Below, one piece after another: positions 63,655-64,000 of a stretch of DNA of 64,000 nt (the stretch's first letter is position 1; every line of letters begins with the position of its first letter). This stretch comes from the human T2T-CHM13v2.0 reference genome, Homo sapiens: assembly GCF_009914755.1 (NCBI RefSeq), contig NC_060935.1; one strand, given 5' to 3'. The position numbers and the translations under genes are program-made. The notes beneath the pieces were generated by a model, which saw only the letters and a list, made by a program, of their open reading frames with translations, was not told the DNA's origin and made no database searches.

Positions 63655-64000
63655 TGTATTAGTCCATTTTTATACTGCTATGAAGAAATACCCAAGGCTG
63701 GGTATTTATAAGGAAAAAGAGGTTTAATGGACTCAGTTATACATGGCTGGGGAGGCCTCACAATCATGGTGGAAGGTGAAGGAAGAGCAAAGGCACATCT
63801 TACATGGTGGCAGACAAGAGAGTGTGTGCAGGGGAACTGACCTTTTATAAAGTCATCAGATCTTGTGTGACTTATTCACTATCCAGAGAACAGCATGGGA
63901 AAAACCCTCCTTCATGATTCAATTAGCTCTGACCAGATCCCTCCCACGACACATGGGGATTATGGAAACTACAATTTGAGATGAGATTTGGGTGGGGACA
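63655..64000 (-). mobile_element. THE1 (C/D-like) LTR, runs off the right edge
   Basis: TGTATTAGTCC...GAGATTTGGGTGGGGACA. Confidence 0.92.

Overview
AT-rich, CpG-depleted primate genomic DNA, probably hominoid/human (AluY and an L1PA3-like element are present). It looks intergenic or deep-intronic and is dominated by transposable elements. I find no host protein-coding exon, RNA gene, CRISPR array or prokaryote-type system. The long ORFs in the track are L1/ERV remnants or low-complexity artefacts. The most informative structures are: (1) a 12.8-kb nest at 32367-45218 (MLT1A LTR > L1PA8-like > full-length L1PA5-like, plus an L1 3' tip), with TSDs readable at each level, a probable 3' transduction and an open, read-through antisense ORF0; (2) a mosaic, coding-depleted LTR14C/ERVK remnant fused to a truncated THE1; (3) two twin-primed (5'-inverted) L1s; (4) a ~580-bp polypurine GGAA-type tract grown inside an AluJ; (5) a complete THE1C and an old LTR16/ERVL provirus. 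Subfamily names come from my recall of consensus sequences, not from a database search. Nothing here justifies claiming a new biological system; the findings are locus-level retroelement events.
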